From Phoronis australis (lineage: Eukaryota > Animalia > Phoronida): DNA of 64,000 nucleotides. A model generated the notes under the pieces. The model ran no database searches and was not told where the DNA came from. It saw only the letters and a program-made list of their open reading frames with translations. A program made the position numbers and the translations under genes. Location of the stretch: positions 408,351 to 472,350 of the forward strand of contig NMRA01000283.1 in assembly GCA_002633005.1 (NCBI GenBank). Reading direction: 5' to 3'. Positions 52,001 through 64,000 of the stretch are shown here, piece by piece. Each line of letters opens with the position of its first letter. The first letter of the stretch is position 1.

Positions 52001-55000
52001 GAAGGAATTTTTCAATTTTGGGGGTGGGGGGTAGTTTTTATGCCTAATTTTATTTCATTTTTAAATATTTTCTTGAGGGATTGGAATTCGGATTGATTCC
52101 GGGCATCGATCCCCCTGGTGGATAATGAGCCATCCAATCACGTGACGCTCCTAAAACATCCGTCGGTCATTATTGCCGCTACTTAATGATTTATTTCTTG
52201 TGTTAAAGTCTCGTTAAATTGTGAACTTGCAAATGGAGTACTAATTTACAAACAACCCCTCCAGTGTGTCGGAAACCATCCGAGAACCAGTTACCATTAC
52301 AATCTCGGTAAAGTCTCGTTTTGCGAGACTATTTTCTATGTAAATGAGTATGGTAATATTTCATCATTGCTCTAATGAAAAAAGGCACAGTTTTTGTTAT
52401 TTGTTCATTTTATTATCAAATAATTATTGTGTAATATTTGGAATTACTTGGAATTTTATTATATGTTCACATTTGTTTTTAAGTGTATCAGTTGTGGTAT
52501 TTTCTGTAAAACCACAATTTATTCACAAATTCTTTTCCTGATTATGCTTGTACACACAGTTCTGCAGGAAGTCACTAGGTGGTGCTTGCTACAAATTTAA
52601 ATATTCACGGTTTTAATGAGACGAAACATCTTTAAGTTTACTATAGTTGAAAGTTTTGGTTCCATTTCACTTTAAAGAATAATTTTGGATCCATGCAACT
52701 TCTACAGCTGTAGTACAAGTCCCGAAAGTCTGTAACTTGTGTGAAGTTGTTCTCCGACCACAATACTTTGAACACTACCAGACTGTACTCTGTTCCCCTG
52801 TAAATTGTCAGTTGTCAAGACAAGCATCAAAGCGCCCTCTGTAGCGGAGCATGCTAAAGTACAGTCACAAGTGAACTCTCTCAAGAGGCAGTTGGAGGTA
52901 AGAAATTGATTGTCACGCACTCTGTACACATATTAGAGTATGTTGAAGCAAGTATAGAAAGAAGTAGTGCAGGTGGTCTGATACACGTTGCATCAGGCAC
53001 TAAACACCTGAAACCATTTTGGGTTTCTTAACATATACATATAACTCGCGTAAAACACGTATGCACAAATTAAAACTAAGTTGAGGAGCTAGAGACCTGG
53101 CTCAAGGATCTAGCAGTGGGTCTAGTAGATTTGAACACGTGACCTTGAGAATAATAGGAAAATACTCTACCCACCAGGCTGTTGTCTCCCCTGGAGTATG
53201 CGTTAAAGTAACACTTCTTTTTGGTAAAAGGTGGATAGCCATCTTTCAAATATCGCAACACCCCATTGTAATAGTGTAAATATGAATGATTATCGCAGAC
53301 CCTGGTTCTGTGTGTGCATAGAGTAGATAGCCTACTGAATCATGTATGGTGACATGTAACCTAGTAGTAACACAAGTCTGAAACAATTACTGCCCCAATT
53401 GGGGCTCAAACTCGGAACCTTCTGCAATCCGTTTATACGCTCTAGTCCAATGGGCCATTGGCACGACTGGTTGAACACGAAAATTCAATCAGACTTGTGT
53501 TTTGAAGGAATTCACGTAAAATTTGTGAAGAATTTGCGAATATGAATGATCATCACTGACTCTTGTTCTGTGTGTGTATATAGTAGATAACATTCAGTGT
53601 CAGAGTTATAATTAGTAGGTCATGTAATGTGACCACACATGACTGTAGGGTATCCACTCTATGTATCCATTGAAATAATTTGCTACATGGCAAAGAGTTT
53701 TTGATTGACATAGGCTCGGAGCTACCCTAGCGTTTTGGTTGATTCGAGGCTGTCGGTGTTATGGTATTCAATAATACTGCTGGACATGCTCTGTCTGTAT
53801 CAAGAATTAACCAATCATCTATTAGACTGCCACTTCTCCGTAATAATGAAGCGCGTCTAATTCAGTCCCAGTGAGTCTTGCTTGTGGTTTGATATTGCAG
53901 AACTCCAAACGTGATCGCTGGGCTTCCATTCCGGTGGAGGAAACGGTCAAGAGGATGGTGAATGGCGAGGTAAACGTGTGCTTTTGATATCAACAGGATC
54001 GTCACAGCCATATGTTAGCGCGTGCAACTTGCACTTTATTCAGATTAAGAGGCGATTTCAAAACTAGGAGGGAACTGACACATTAGCTGCACTTGAATCA
54101 CTTCACCGGTTCCGTCAGGTCAAACGGATAAGACATCTGATTGGTTTTTGAGGACGATTTCTGGCTAACAATCCAATCAGATGTGTGAGCCGGATGGAAC
54201 TGGCAGATCAAGTAGTCCATCGGGTGCAGTCATTGTTGATGAAATCTGGATGCAATTAGTTGGAATTGGCAGGTTGGCAGTTCCTGTGTAATAAATAGCA
54301 ATGACTGTCAGTTGACTGGTAAGAAGCTAGTTCCTAGATGCAGAATTACTGTTTGGTATGAGGAGACTTTGAGATTGCATGCTTGATTGCTTCCTAGTGT
54401 GGTTCCCAAGCTATTATGCTGTTTTTATTACAGTCCTACTCATTGGAGATGTATAAATCTAAAGCGGACAAGCTGTCATTGATTGATGCCGCGGTGGCCA
54501 TTCATGACGGAAACACCATCATGGCGGTAAGATTTCATGTTTTATTTCACTTCCACAAGTTGTTCTTATTTCATGTCCTCTTGTGCATATGTAGGTGCGT
54601 ATTGCCCAACTGCTAGATGGGCCGTCAGCTGTTACCAGAGACCCCTCTAAGATAAGTCGGCAAAATCTCGTCAAATCTGCTACATTTTGGGTGTCTCGCG
54701 CAAATCCATACTATTGTAGAATATCATACATACTTGCAATTTTATGGTCAACCCCAACTCAATAGAATGTCGTCATCCTATGACATCCAGCTATTCACAT
54801 ATGTTTTGCATGTTGTGTGTATTTATTCTCTTGGTAACGTAGCTCAGTGGAAGCTGTGAAACGTCGAGTACTTGTAACAAAGATGGAATTTTACAAAATC
54901 TTGATCGTCAATTTTATCCTAAACATAAGAAATGATTAGTAATGTATACAACAACTGACAACAGCTTCTGTAAATATCAAGGGGAGATAATGTACTGCCT

Positions 55001-58000
55001 ATCTATTCAAGACATTATGTTGATGACGCTGTAGGACTATAGTGACGTGTTGCCATCATTTCTACCGGTTTGTCTTACTCTGTATCTAGTGTCCATACAG
55101 TGTCCTACTTTCCTTCACCAACTCTCTGGCCTCCATCATCGGCCTGTCTTTCTATCAACATACAATTAAAGCATATTATTATTGAATGTATGACAGTTAT
55201 CACCTGATATATTTACCTGTTATATCAGTTATAAGTTGCGCATTGCCTGTGGTTTTCATTTTATATATTACATAACTATAGCACTTGTAATTATTCGTTG
55301 TATATTATCTGTTTCTCTTGAATAGGCTGTCTTGTTCATGAAGAACACCATCAAACCATCCATATTCAACCGTGAGCTGATGCGTCGACCTGTTGCCTGT
55401 GATCACTACCTGAATTACCTGAGGATGCATCATGACTTTGAAGAGCTTGTGGACATGCTGGGGTAAGTTGGGCTAATGGTTTGGGTCTGTTAGGATGACC
55501 CCCCCTTCTGTCATAAGCATTGGAACTATGGAGACTGCATACATGTTTACAAAGTGTGATTTAAAATTATTAGCATTTGCATTACCTACCTCTATGATAA
55601 TTCGGACTTAAGCATATTTAGAAATATTGCACGATTCAGTGATGTGAACATTAAGTTTGTTTCGGATTGTTCAGAATGGAATGGGTCAACATAACACTAC
55701 ATTGTTGTTTCTGCACCCATTGATACTGAATAAGAAAACACCTCTTCAAAGTGAGGGCAACCAAAGTTGTGCCCAGCATTTTAATAAAAATTCTTTTCAA
55801 GCCAAATACTCCTATCATATTACATGTGAATTCACTGCGCAATTTTTCTTTGTTTCAGCGTGCTTGGTCGAACTGAGGAGGCAGCGGTAGGTAGTATTGT
55901 GATTGTCTTAGGAACTCACCTAAAATGGGTTAGTACTATTATTGTATGTTGAGAACAGTAGATCAGCGAGTGCTCATTTTCGGTTCAATTTTCTGTCAAA
56001 ACTCAAAAGTTGCATTTGAAACCAGTAAGTATTTCGTCTGCACATTAAAATGTGCTGACTGTAGGATAAACTGTTATGACTGAATCTGCTGCCTGTTGTC
56101 AGCAGCATGTTATTTAAAACTTCCCCTTGAAACATGAAAGTGTTTTGTCTTTGATTATGTCAATGCGTCCTACTATCAGGTCTTGGTATATGTTCAACTG
56201 CTGTGGAAACGAGTGTATTACAAGGTCCGTATGTTTCGTTTCGGCACCTTACAATGACCCATTGTCACCAAACAAATTTGGGATTTTCGTTTAAAGTATT
56301 ATTTTTATTTATTGTGATATTTACAATGAGGCTAATTCATCAGTTTTCACTGCTTTCCATGGGGGTCCTCAAAATGTTAGTTTATTTTCAGCTTCTCTTT
56401 TGTTCAGTAGAAGTGACACACCTTTGAATTAATAGCTGCATTTATGGAGTTTAACTTGCAGGTCAATTAAATTTATCTAAATTCCCATTCACACTGAGCT
56501 TGTTTTTCCAGATTCTGAAGTTCCAGCATGCAATTACGTCAACCAGTCAAGAGAAAAAAATTAAAAATTTGAAGACGTGTTTATAGTAAGTTGGGTGGCT
56601 TTTTGGATACACAGTGTTGGAAACACTAAAAACTTGTTTGTTTTGTATCACATGCTCGTAAATAACAAATCCTTTGTGTGCACAAAAGTATAGTGGTTCT
56701 ACTAGTGTTAAATTGATAAATGTTATGAAGGGGTAAAACCGTGTCTATTGTGACAGCAGTGTTCTGTAGGACGTGTCTGTGGGTAAAAACCATAGAACCA
56801 AATTGTTACTCTGCTATTTCAATGAGTTGCTGTTCATTGGGTAGGATTGACTGCTAACAACTTTGAGAGCTATAGAACAACAAATCCGTTATTTTAGTGA
56901 TTTTCTTAGAAATCACTGGTTGCCAACACATGCTACTTGTCATTCAGTTGAAACCAAAGATGTTGACGTTATCAGTTGGGTACACTTTTAACACTTGACT
57001 ACTTGACCTATCTACATTTAGCAAGCGCCAGACTGCGACCCCTGAAGTGGTGGGTTCAAATCCATCCTGGGGCTAATCTCAATACACAACACCGTCACCA
57101 ATGGTGTTTTGGTTGATGCAAATGATATTGTTATAGTATTTGAACAGTGAACTTTCAAGCGAAGCATTTCTCAGAGACTAAAAGAAAAATGCAGAGACAT
57201 GTATTCTATTGCAGTGGTCATTTTTCAAATGACCCCACTTTGACCCTTGAAGCTGACCTGGTTCAACAACAAGTGAACCTTTTAGAGAGACAGCTGCCAA
57301 TTGAGGTAAGTTGTTGGTACCTTGGTGCTTAATTGTAATAGAATTTGCCAGGTTTATGGGTTGGGAGTTTTGCTTGTAAGGTACATGTCAACCAATTATG
57401 AATGTTACCTGTGAGATTTTGAAAACAAAATCAATATTTTTGCTGTAAGAATCCTTTTGACTATTGTTGAAGGCAAATGTACAAGAGGGAGAATTGCAGT
57501 GGCAGATTTAGAGGGGGACCAAGGGGGCCATGACCCCCCTAAAATTCTCACAGATTCCATTTGGCAGTACAGGGGTGCGAATGTGTGACAGGCAAAATCC
57601 TGGCTAATACTCTGCCGTGCCCCCCCCCCAACTCAAAATCCTGAATCCGCCCCTGAATTGTGTGGAAAAGTCTAAAGCCTGCGTTACTAAAATTTTTGTA
57701 CTTAGAAGTACTTTTGAATAACTTGTAAAAATTTTTATTACTGCCGTAAGGACTTTAATGCCGTCAAATACACAAGACTTAGTGGGGGAATGTGTAATAT
57801 ATGTGTTGAAGTCAATTTAAAAAACTAATTGTTGCACCCTAGGAAACATTTCAGTTGACAGTAAAATATATTCTAGGCTTTTCTGTGTGGTTTTCTGTTA
57901 AATGCCAACACTCATTATCCAACAGGCGGACGACAGTAAAGCGGAACAATTGAGAAGTCATCCAGTTATTCGGGAACATCCTCGCGCCCGTAGTCTGGTG

Positions 58001-61000
58001 GACATGTCTGTGATGACAACGTTGTATTATTGTTGCTTTTATCACTACGACCTGGCTGAAGTGAGTAATGGTAACCGCCATATTTTGTGAATATCAGTAT
58101 GTTCTTTGATGCCTGATCACACACCAGTGTTAATGGAATCACAGGACAGACTTCATATCACTGGGAAGACAGCTGTACCTCTGGTTGTTCCACAGTTCTG
58201 TATTCAAACTTTGTTGTAAACACGACTAAACTTTTTGTTTGAAAGCTTGTTACTTAGTCACTCGTAGTGTCAAAACAATCTCCTCGAGTTTGTTTTGACA
58301 CTACAAGCGACGCTGTATCAAGCTTTCAAACAAAAAGTTAAGCCGTGTCTTCAATGAAGTTTGTGTTAAACTATACTGATTTCAAGCTGCACAACCCATC
58401 GGCCCGTAGTGATCAGTTCACACATGAATATAGATGAAAGCTCGTTCACCGTGAACTCAGCCGTTCTACCCAAGCTTGTGACGAGCTTGCGGAGCAACGT
58501 ACCGAAACATTCGCTAGTATTGCCTACTCACGTAAAAGGAGATTGTTTTAACGCTACGAGCAAAACTTCAGACAAAAAGTTTAGTCATATTTTCAACGAA
58601 GTTTGTGTTAATGAAGGGCTGCTACCAAACTATACTAAGTTCTGTATTCGGCAAAAAAATTGTCAAGAGATCAAGTTAAAAGAAGCCTTTTTCATCACTG
58701 AACATGCTCCTGACCTACACATCCAGATTACTCATAACAGTATGTCATTTTACATGTTGGATTGTGATTCCACATTTTGTAGTTAGCTTTGCTTATGTAG
58801 GTTTTCTCATTTTTAGTGACACCCTGTATTAGGGCAGACATATTTTCTTAGCTTTGAGAATGACACTGGAGCTGTTGAAACATGTTGGCAGTTATATGCT
58901 ATTTTCTGCTCTCATTAATTATCGAGAAGTACATAGGCCTTTTGAAATGGTTAACGAAACATATTTTTGACAAATTTAAGATTTTTTTAATGACTTAGGT
59001 TAGTTTGACTTGTGCAAGTTTTCTGAAGCTAACTGTGGGTTTCTACTTGTAGAATTACCTGGCTAGCCCCAAAGCCTTGTGTAAGGCACATCGCTTGACT
59101 GACAAACAATTTACCACGACAGCCTTGAGGGCGCTAGCGAAGCTGCGGCGGTGGATGACTATCGATCAGTTATTTGAAACTAAGGTGGGTGAAACTTGTA
59201 TGTATGTTTTTCCAATTGTTGTATTCAACATTCAAGTCATGTTTTACGATCAAATTGTGAGGACAGTAGGAATATGAAACTGCTTCATTTACATGGGAGA
59301 CAACTGTAATAGTGGACATCTATCCTAACCCTAAAGCCACATTTACATGGGAGACAACTGTAATAGTGGACATCTATCCTAATCCTAAAGCCACATTTAC
59401 ATGGGAGACAACTGTCACGGAGCAACTAACGTGGAACAGCTGATGGGGGGGCAGGTGTGTGTTTAAACACGACTGATACAGAGCAAGTTGACACTGTGGC
59501 GACCATTTTGAACACCGGTTTGAGAGGTAGAGTAAGTTGCACTCAACCATTTACTCCAGTGTCAATTACAGGTCTAAACACAATTGGGGCAGAACAGAAA
59601 GGAATCATCTTTCAATGCGCTTGCGTAATAGCATATAAATGGGTGATTCACTTGTTTTGGACGTTTGCTGTTGTTTATGCAAACATGTGCAGACAGTCTT
59701 TGTGCAAGTGACCTATGCTTATCAAGTTTGGGATCTAATATCATGTAAATGTGACTTTAGAGGAGCAAGTCGCACCATGACAACTGTTCCCCATGTAAAA
59801 ACAGCTAATGATACCTTAAGAGAAACTCTGTAACTAGCCACTAAGATGAAGAGATGGCCAGGTCCGTTGTGCTGAAACTATGGGTGGCCCCAGATCCATA
59901 GTGGAATTGCTTTCACTTTCAGTGGGAAAATGCCGCTTAATCATTTTGTGTGTGCCTTCAAAAATTCTTGAATAAGTCCATTTCTCTTAAAGCCTGTGTC
60001 CGGGCATAACGCGGGGAAAGTTTGTAACCTCCATCTCGATTCATGATGTAGTACTTCATACAGCGCCATCTATGCCAAGAAGAAGGCGAAGTCAATACCA
60101 AGGTCTTATAAATCTTCTTGGACGTGTTATAAGAACTGAGTAGTCTAATCATGCAGACAAGCAGATGAGAGTTTTGTTGATGGAACTCATGAAAGCTGTA
60201 AAGCAGACTGGTCCCTCTTCCTAGTCCTGTTGAAACTGACTAGTGTTCATTTTGTTTCAGAATTGGTTGGGCAAGAGTCAGATGAAATCTCCTATGGGCT
60301 TTATCAAAGTGGTTGATATTTTATTAAAGAATAATGCTAACCCTGAAGTAAGTAGAACCGTGGAACAATATCTGTGTGACCCTTGACCTCCAAAGAGCAG
60401 GTCATGTGCTGTTTATACTCGCATTGAATCCAGTTTACACCTGTTTTGAGAAAGCATGAAAGGTTCTTTGTCGATGTACACCATTTTGATGTAGTGAAAT
60501 ACATTACACAGCTGTTTTGAGCAAGACATTTAGTGGAGACGGGGTATATACATATTGTGGCTCACTGCCTAGTCTAACCAAGTGACATCTGGTGGATTAG
60601 TTGTTACAATAACACATATTCATATACCCATGTAGGTTCAAAGGTCTACTGGAACACAGGGACAACTTGACTTTACAAACTTAATTAATTATAACAAGAG
60701 CATGTAATAACAGTCTTGGTTGGTCTAGTCTAAAATATTTGGGGGGTGGAGGCTGAAATTTGATGTTGGCACTGGTCAACAGTTTATTGCATCAACATTA
60801 AAAACACCATTTCAAACGGTATTTTCTCATGGGAAAGATGTTTTTCCAGGGAATCTGTTATCTCGCAACAAAAATATTGCCTTTTTCCTACTGGTTTAAA
60901 GTAAAATCACATAGTTTGCCTAGTATGTTAAATTAGTATGGCACAATTTCCTCCCCCCCACATTTACAGTTCTAATTTCCTGAAACTCAGTGAAACAAGT

Positions 61001-63006
61001 GTTAGGAAGTCACTGTGCTTGTATTTTCTATCCTAACTGACCAATGGGAAGTTACTTTGCTTGTATTTTCTATCCTAACTGACCAATAGCAAATAATGTC
61101 ATGTTAGGGTGTGCGATAGCAACAAAATGTGCATTTGGATGTCATTGGAGTTCATACTCTCAGAATTTGGGAATTTTAACTGAGGTGAGTAAGTGGCAGT
61201 TGTAACAATAATTGACCATAATGTTCTTGGTTGTATTTTGTTCTGAGCTCTGGTGAAATGTGTTGTGAATATCATTTCATGTCAAGGTTTAGGTAGGATA
61301 AGTGATTGTATACATGTGTTGATATTCACAGCACTGTCGCCAAGGATTAACATTGAAAGCTGCCAACCATTCATACAAAAAAATTTAAAGTAAATAGTAC
61401 ACAAATGTGATAATCCTGCAGTTCTTGCACAAGTTGCCATCAGTTTCTACTATTCAAAGGCTGGTTACTTTGCTAAATATAGTAAAATAATTACCATGTG
61501 CTGTTTTAGATGATTGCTCTGTAGTATTGAGCATTCTAACATCGAAGTAGGCTTTATATTGTGTAATTTTGTTTTTAAATTTGACGGAACAAAATTAATT
61601 GTTATGGTATTACGTGTTAGTGAATTGTTGAAGGTTCTGATTTCTTACTAGTATTCAGTATGATGCGCATGCCTGAAGAATGCCCAGTTCCCCGACTGTG
61701 CCGTGTCAGTGTGTTGTTATTTGTCTCACTCACTCCAGGTTCTTTCTAAATACCTTCACTACATCGAGGACCCTGATGATAGAGTTGTCATGGCCACCAA
61801 GTGCCAGGCTCACATGGTCGTTATCGAGGTAACGCAGCTGAATGAGTTTTTGAAGCCGCTTATTTTGAACTACCTGTGAAAAATTTGTGCTAAGCGAACT
61901 TTAAGGTTCATGTTCAAAATGTCGCTGCTTGGTCTAGACTGTGGGAAATAAATGAGGCTCATTTGTTTTTGTAAAGTATGTGTAATTAAAATTTCTACAT
62001 ATTGTAAGCAAAGACCTTTTTTCTTGTAACACATATCTGGTGATATATCCTCGGTGGCTGCATTAGTACCCACATGTTATCAAATTGTTTAGAGCTTCCT
62101 GGGAATTGGTTTATCAGTATCACTTGGTGGTTTAGTCAATAAGTTAGCCCTCTCTTTGTAGGCCTGTCTCATTTTCTTATTCACTTTGAACTCCTTCATT
62201 TCGGCAGGATTTTTTAATCTTGAGAGTGATAAATACTCGAGGGATGATAGAGTTAAGTACTCTAAGAAAAACTGGTGTTTAAGAGAGCTCCTTTATTTTC
62301 AGACATTGAAAGCGTTAAAAGACCGCAAACAGCTTGTGAAGTATCAGAGGAAGCTTGAAGGAGGGCAACATACCCGAGAGATGAGTGCAATACAGACCCT
62401 GCTACAGAATCCAGTACGTAACAAAGTGATGAGCTGAGACCCATTATGAGACGAGTTTTGTTAAATGCGAAGTTCCTTTAGTTTTTAATCGCCTTAATAG
62501 ATACATGCTCTAATTGGTGGCAGGCTGATCCCGCGTCAGGCTTCAGTTGTTGTAAAAGATGATCCAAGCTCATGGCAGTTAGGAAAGTACAAAAGTTCAA
62601 TATTACAGGCTTCATATTTGCTACCCAGATTCTCTGAGACCCATTACGTGCACATCTATCTGTATTTTGGCTTTGAAGCTGTACCTGAGAAATAATGCCA
62701 AAACTTCTTCTTGTGATTATAGACCCACAGATATCTGCAGTCTTAAACTAGATGTTTGTCATCTGTCCATTAATAGCATTGTAGTTAACCTGAAACTGTA
62801 AGCAAATCAACATCTACCGCGGACTACTTTAAGGAAATACTGCTTCGTTTTACTAAAGTGTTTTAAATGGGACCGACGTCAACTGCAGATACATTCTCAC
62901 AGTTAAGCGCATGGCTCTGTTATGAAATACAGTATGAATCATACAGTGTAGCTGACAGCCATACAGGTTCTGTGTTCTTTTTCAGTCCATCAAGTGGAAG
63001 ACCTGA
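46079..63006 (+). CDS. VIPAS39: VPS33B-interacting protein / spermatogenesis-defective 39 homolog (SPE-39, VPS16B)
   Basis: Exons 46079-46099, 48950-49024 (EEDDDYWSSS), 50003-50108, 50739-50915, 51611-51673, 52812-52897, 53901-53969, 54434-54526 (YSLE...HDGNTIMA), 55326-55462, 55859-55886, 56512-56585, 57215-57305 (LLERQLPIE), 57926-58060 (TTLYYCCFYHY), 59053-59184, 60261-60347 (NWLG), 61739-61828, 62303-62413 (LKDRKQL), 62986-63006 (SIKWKT*). All GT-AG with consistent phases. Confidence 0.95.
46311..48496. mobile_element. Second (inverted) copy of the 6802-7540 element, split by a nested insertion of about 1.5 kb
   Basis: 46311-46440 matches the reverse complement of about 7405-7530, and 47935-48496 matches the reverse complement of about 6802-7405. 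Ends are ACTAGGCAATTACATAGCCC and GCTACGTGTTGCCTAGT. Confidence 0.8.
46483..47654. mobile_element. Helentron/HINE-like element with about 390-400-bp internal tandem units
   Basis: 5' palindrome CTCTGCAAGCGCAGAG, a (TTATTC) microsatellite, units starting ATAATGCACCGGA at about 46671, 47061 and 47464, then 3' GCGCAGAGT...CTAGTT. This is the usual HINE/DINE-1-type layout. Confidence 0.7.
53105..53195 (-). mobile_element. Degenerate tRNA-derived SINE head
   Basis: Minus strand CAGCCTGGTGGGTAGAGT...GGTCACGTGTTCAAATCT (A/B-box-like). Confidence 0.5.
53391..53464 (-). mobile_element. Degenerate tRNA-derived SINE head
   Basis: Minus strand GTGCCAATGGCCCATTGGACTAGAGCG...GGTTCCGAGTTTGAGCCCCAATTGGGGCA; T-loop and stems are degenerate. 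Confidence 0.55.
57019..57073 (+). mobile_element. Partial tRNA-like/SINE head
   Basis: GCGCCAGACTGCGACCCCTGAAGTGGTGGGTTCAAATCCATCC has a B-box and T-arm but lacks the 5' half. Confidence 0.45.
57497..57655. mobile_element. G/C-tract MITE
   Basis: CAGTGGCAGATTTAG ... CTGAATCCGCCCCTG inverted ends, flanked by direct AATTG. Confidence 0.7.
58205..58900 (+). mobile_element. Internally deleted Penelope-like relic with an upstream palindrome
   Basis: ORF 58409-58786 joins a PLE N-terminal-type motif (FNEVCVNEGLLPNYT) to a GIY-YIG C-terminus (EIKLKEAFFITEHAPDLH). 58205-58363 is a fold-back of related sequence. Confidence 0.6.
59286..59799. mobile_element. About 400-bp MITE whose left end is tandemly repeated (54-bp unit x about 2.4)
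   Basis: TTTACATGGGAGACAACTGTCACGG (59396) is an imperfect inverted repeat of CCATGACAACTGTTCCCCATGTAAA (ends 59799). Units start at 59286, 59340 and 59394. Confidence 0.7.
59995..60060 (-). mobile_element. GIY-YIG C-terminal scrap of a Penelope-like element
   Basis: MNRDGGYKLSPRY resembles the LNRDxGxxL terminal motif. Confidence 0.45.
61016..61088. repeat. Short tandem duplication (about 42-bp period)
   Basis: TGCTTGTATTTTCTATCCTAACTGACCAAT occurs twice. Confidence 0.85.
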
Positions 63007-63859
63007 TTAGCGAAAACTCAAACTATTGTTCTACTGTCCATTCTTCTACACACTCAAGACCAAAGGTTAAAGGTCGGCTGTCATATGAGTCAATCATATT
63101 TTGTCAACCACTTAATGGTGTTTTTTGTCAAATTTTTTGCAGTTTTGTATTTTTGAGCATGTTGCCATGGGTACCTACTGACTCCTCCTTATTCTCAAAC
63201 ACACCTGCTACAGGTGCAACACATATGCAATTGTTGCTGATAATCTCTTTGTTAACAACCGTAGTGGTTCTGTCAAGGTCATTTAGAATTGGCGTGTTAA
63301 CATGAGTAGGTGATCCGGTGTTCGAGGTGCAAAGTGCTATTTTGAATCATTTGATAATGAATTTATTATCAATAGATGGCACCTTAAAAACTATAACATG
63401 CCACAAAGACTGATCGGAATAAAATATCTTTGCTTCTATCACATTCTGTAATACGAGTGAGATATGCTGTTCAGTGTAGAGTGAGCTGATATTCTTGTCC
63501 ATTTTTTGTTTCTTGTCCATTGAAAGCACCCTTTGCAGTCTGTAAACCAATCAATTTATCTGGAGATTTGCGGTTCAAGTGGAAAGTTCACTTCTCAGTA
63601 AATCCTCCTTTTCTGCTTTGCAAGGATCATGAACTTGGAATGTTGTTGAGTTGAATTGTGTACTAGATGGTGTTTGTACACAGATCACGAATGTGCTAAG
63701 CTTGCAACAACATCATCCTAAGTCACTGCTGCACATGCTTGCCTGTTGAGAATTCTGAAGTGTTATACCATACCTTCTTATCAGAAAAAGCTTTTGATTA
63801 TGCCTCACCTCACTTTCAAGAGTCTGCGTCGATTGATTACTCTTATTCCTTTTACTCAC

Positions 63860-64000
63860 CAACAATGAACATCGCCTCTGAGACAGTCCCTAGCTAGTTC
63901 CGTGACTGTTGGGAAGTTTTCCCCATCTGTTTCACTTGAATCAGAATCCTCTGGTTCGAACATGTAAGGCGTTATCCATCCAAATGTTGTTTCTACATCT
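63860..64000 (-). CDS. Possible exon of a P2X7-intracellular-domain-like (nanor/KolX-type) gene entering from the right edge
   Basis: Single open frame DVETTFGWITPYMFEPEDSDSSETDGE...RDCLRGDVHC(W) ending at a GTGAGT donor. The expected downstream CxCxxC exon was not found. Confidence 0.35.

Noticed and set aside
54105-54204. Hairpin ACATCTGATTGG...CCAATCAGATGT as a structured ncRNA
   Set aside because: Short imperfect arms typical of a MITE remnant; no family features.
53105-57073. tRNA-like sequences at 53105, 53391 and 57019 as tRNA genes
   Set aside because: Only A/B-box remnants; stems do not close a cloverleaf, so they are called SINE heads.
59286-59416. Repeat-spacer-like pattern as a CRISPR
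   Set aside because: The apparent spacers are near-identical; it is a 54-bp tandem duplication of a MITE end.

Overview
Intron-rich, AT-rich animal genomic DNA, probably a marine invertebrate draft assembly (species not determinable here), with one 756-N gap at 28702-29457. Genes reconstructed by hand with GT-AG boundaries and consistent phases, left to right: CFAP251/WDR66 (-, 5' part; runs off the left edge) head-to-head with PIGL (+); YDJC (+) directly behind PIGL; a decayed Polinton/adintovirus-type DNA polymerase B fragment, orphan intronless ORFs and a Penelope-like retroelement relic; a secreted fibrinogen-domain (FReD) gene (+) whose last exon is probably in the gap; an inverted, frameshifted second YDJC copy (-); LRRC69 (-) head-to-head with a complete 18-exon VIPAS39/SPE-39 (+); and a possible P2X7-tail/KolX-like exon at the right edge. 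Many MITEs, Helentron-type repeats and tRNA-derived SINE heads fill the introns. The most unusual feature is the PIGL-YDJC junction. The first large YDJC exon has no in-frame ATG before the ADDFG motif, and two phase-2 donors can splice to it. The donor after 12720 gives an in-frame 560-aa PIGL-YDJC double-deacetylase fusion. The donor after 12845 assembles a split AT|G start 17 nt after the PIGL stop codon, giving a separate or bicistronic YDJC. All of this is read from sequence alone and needs transcript confirmation.
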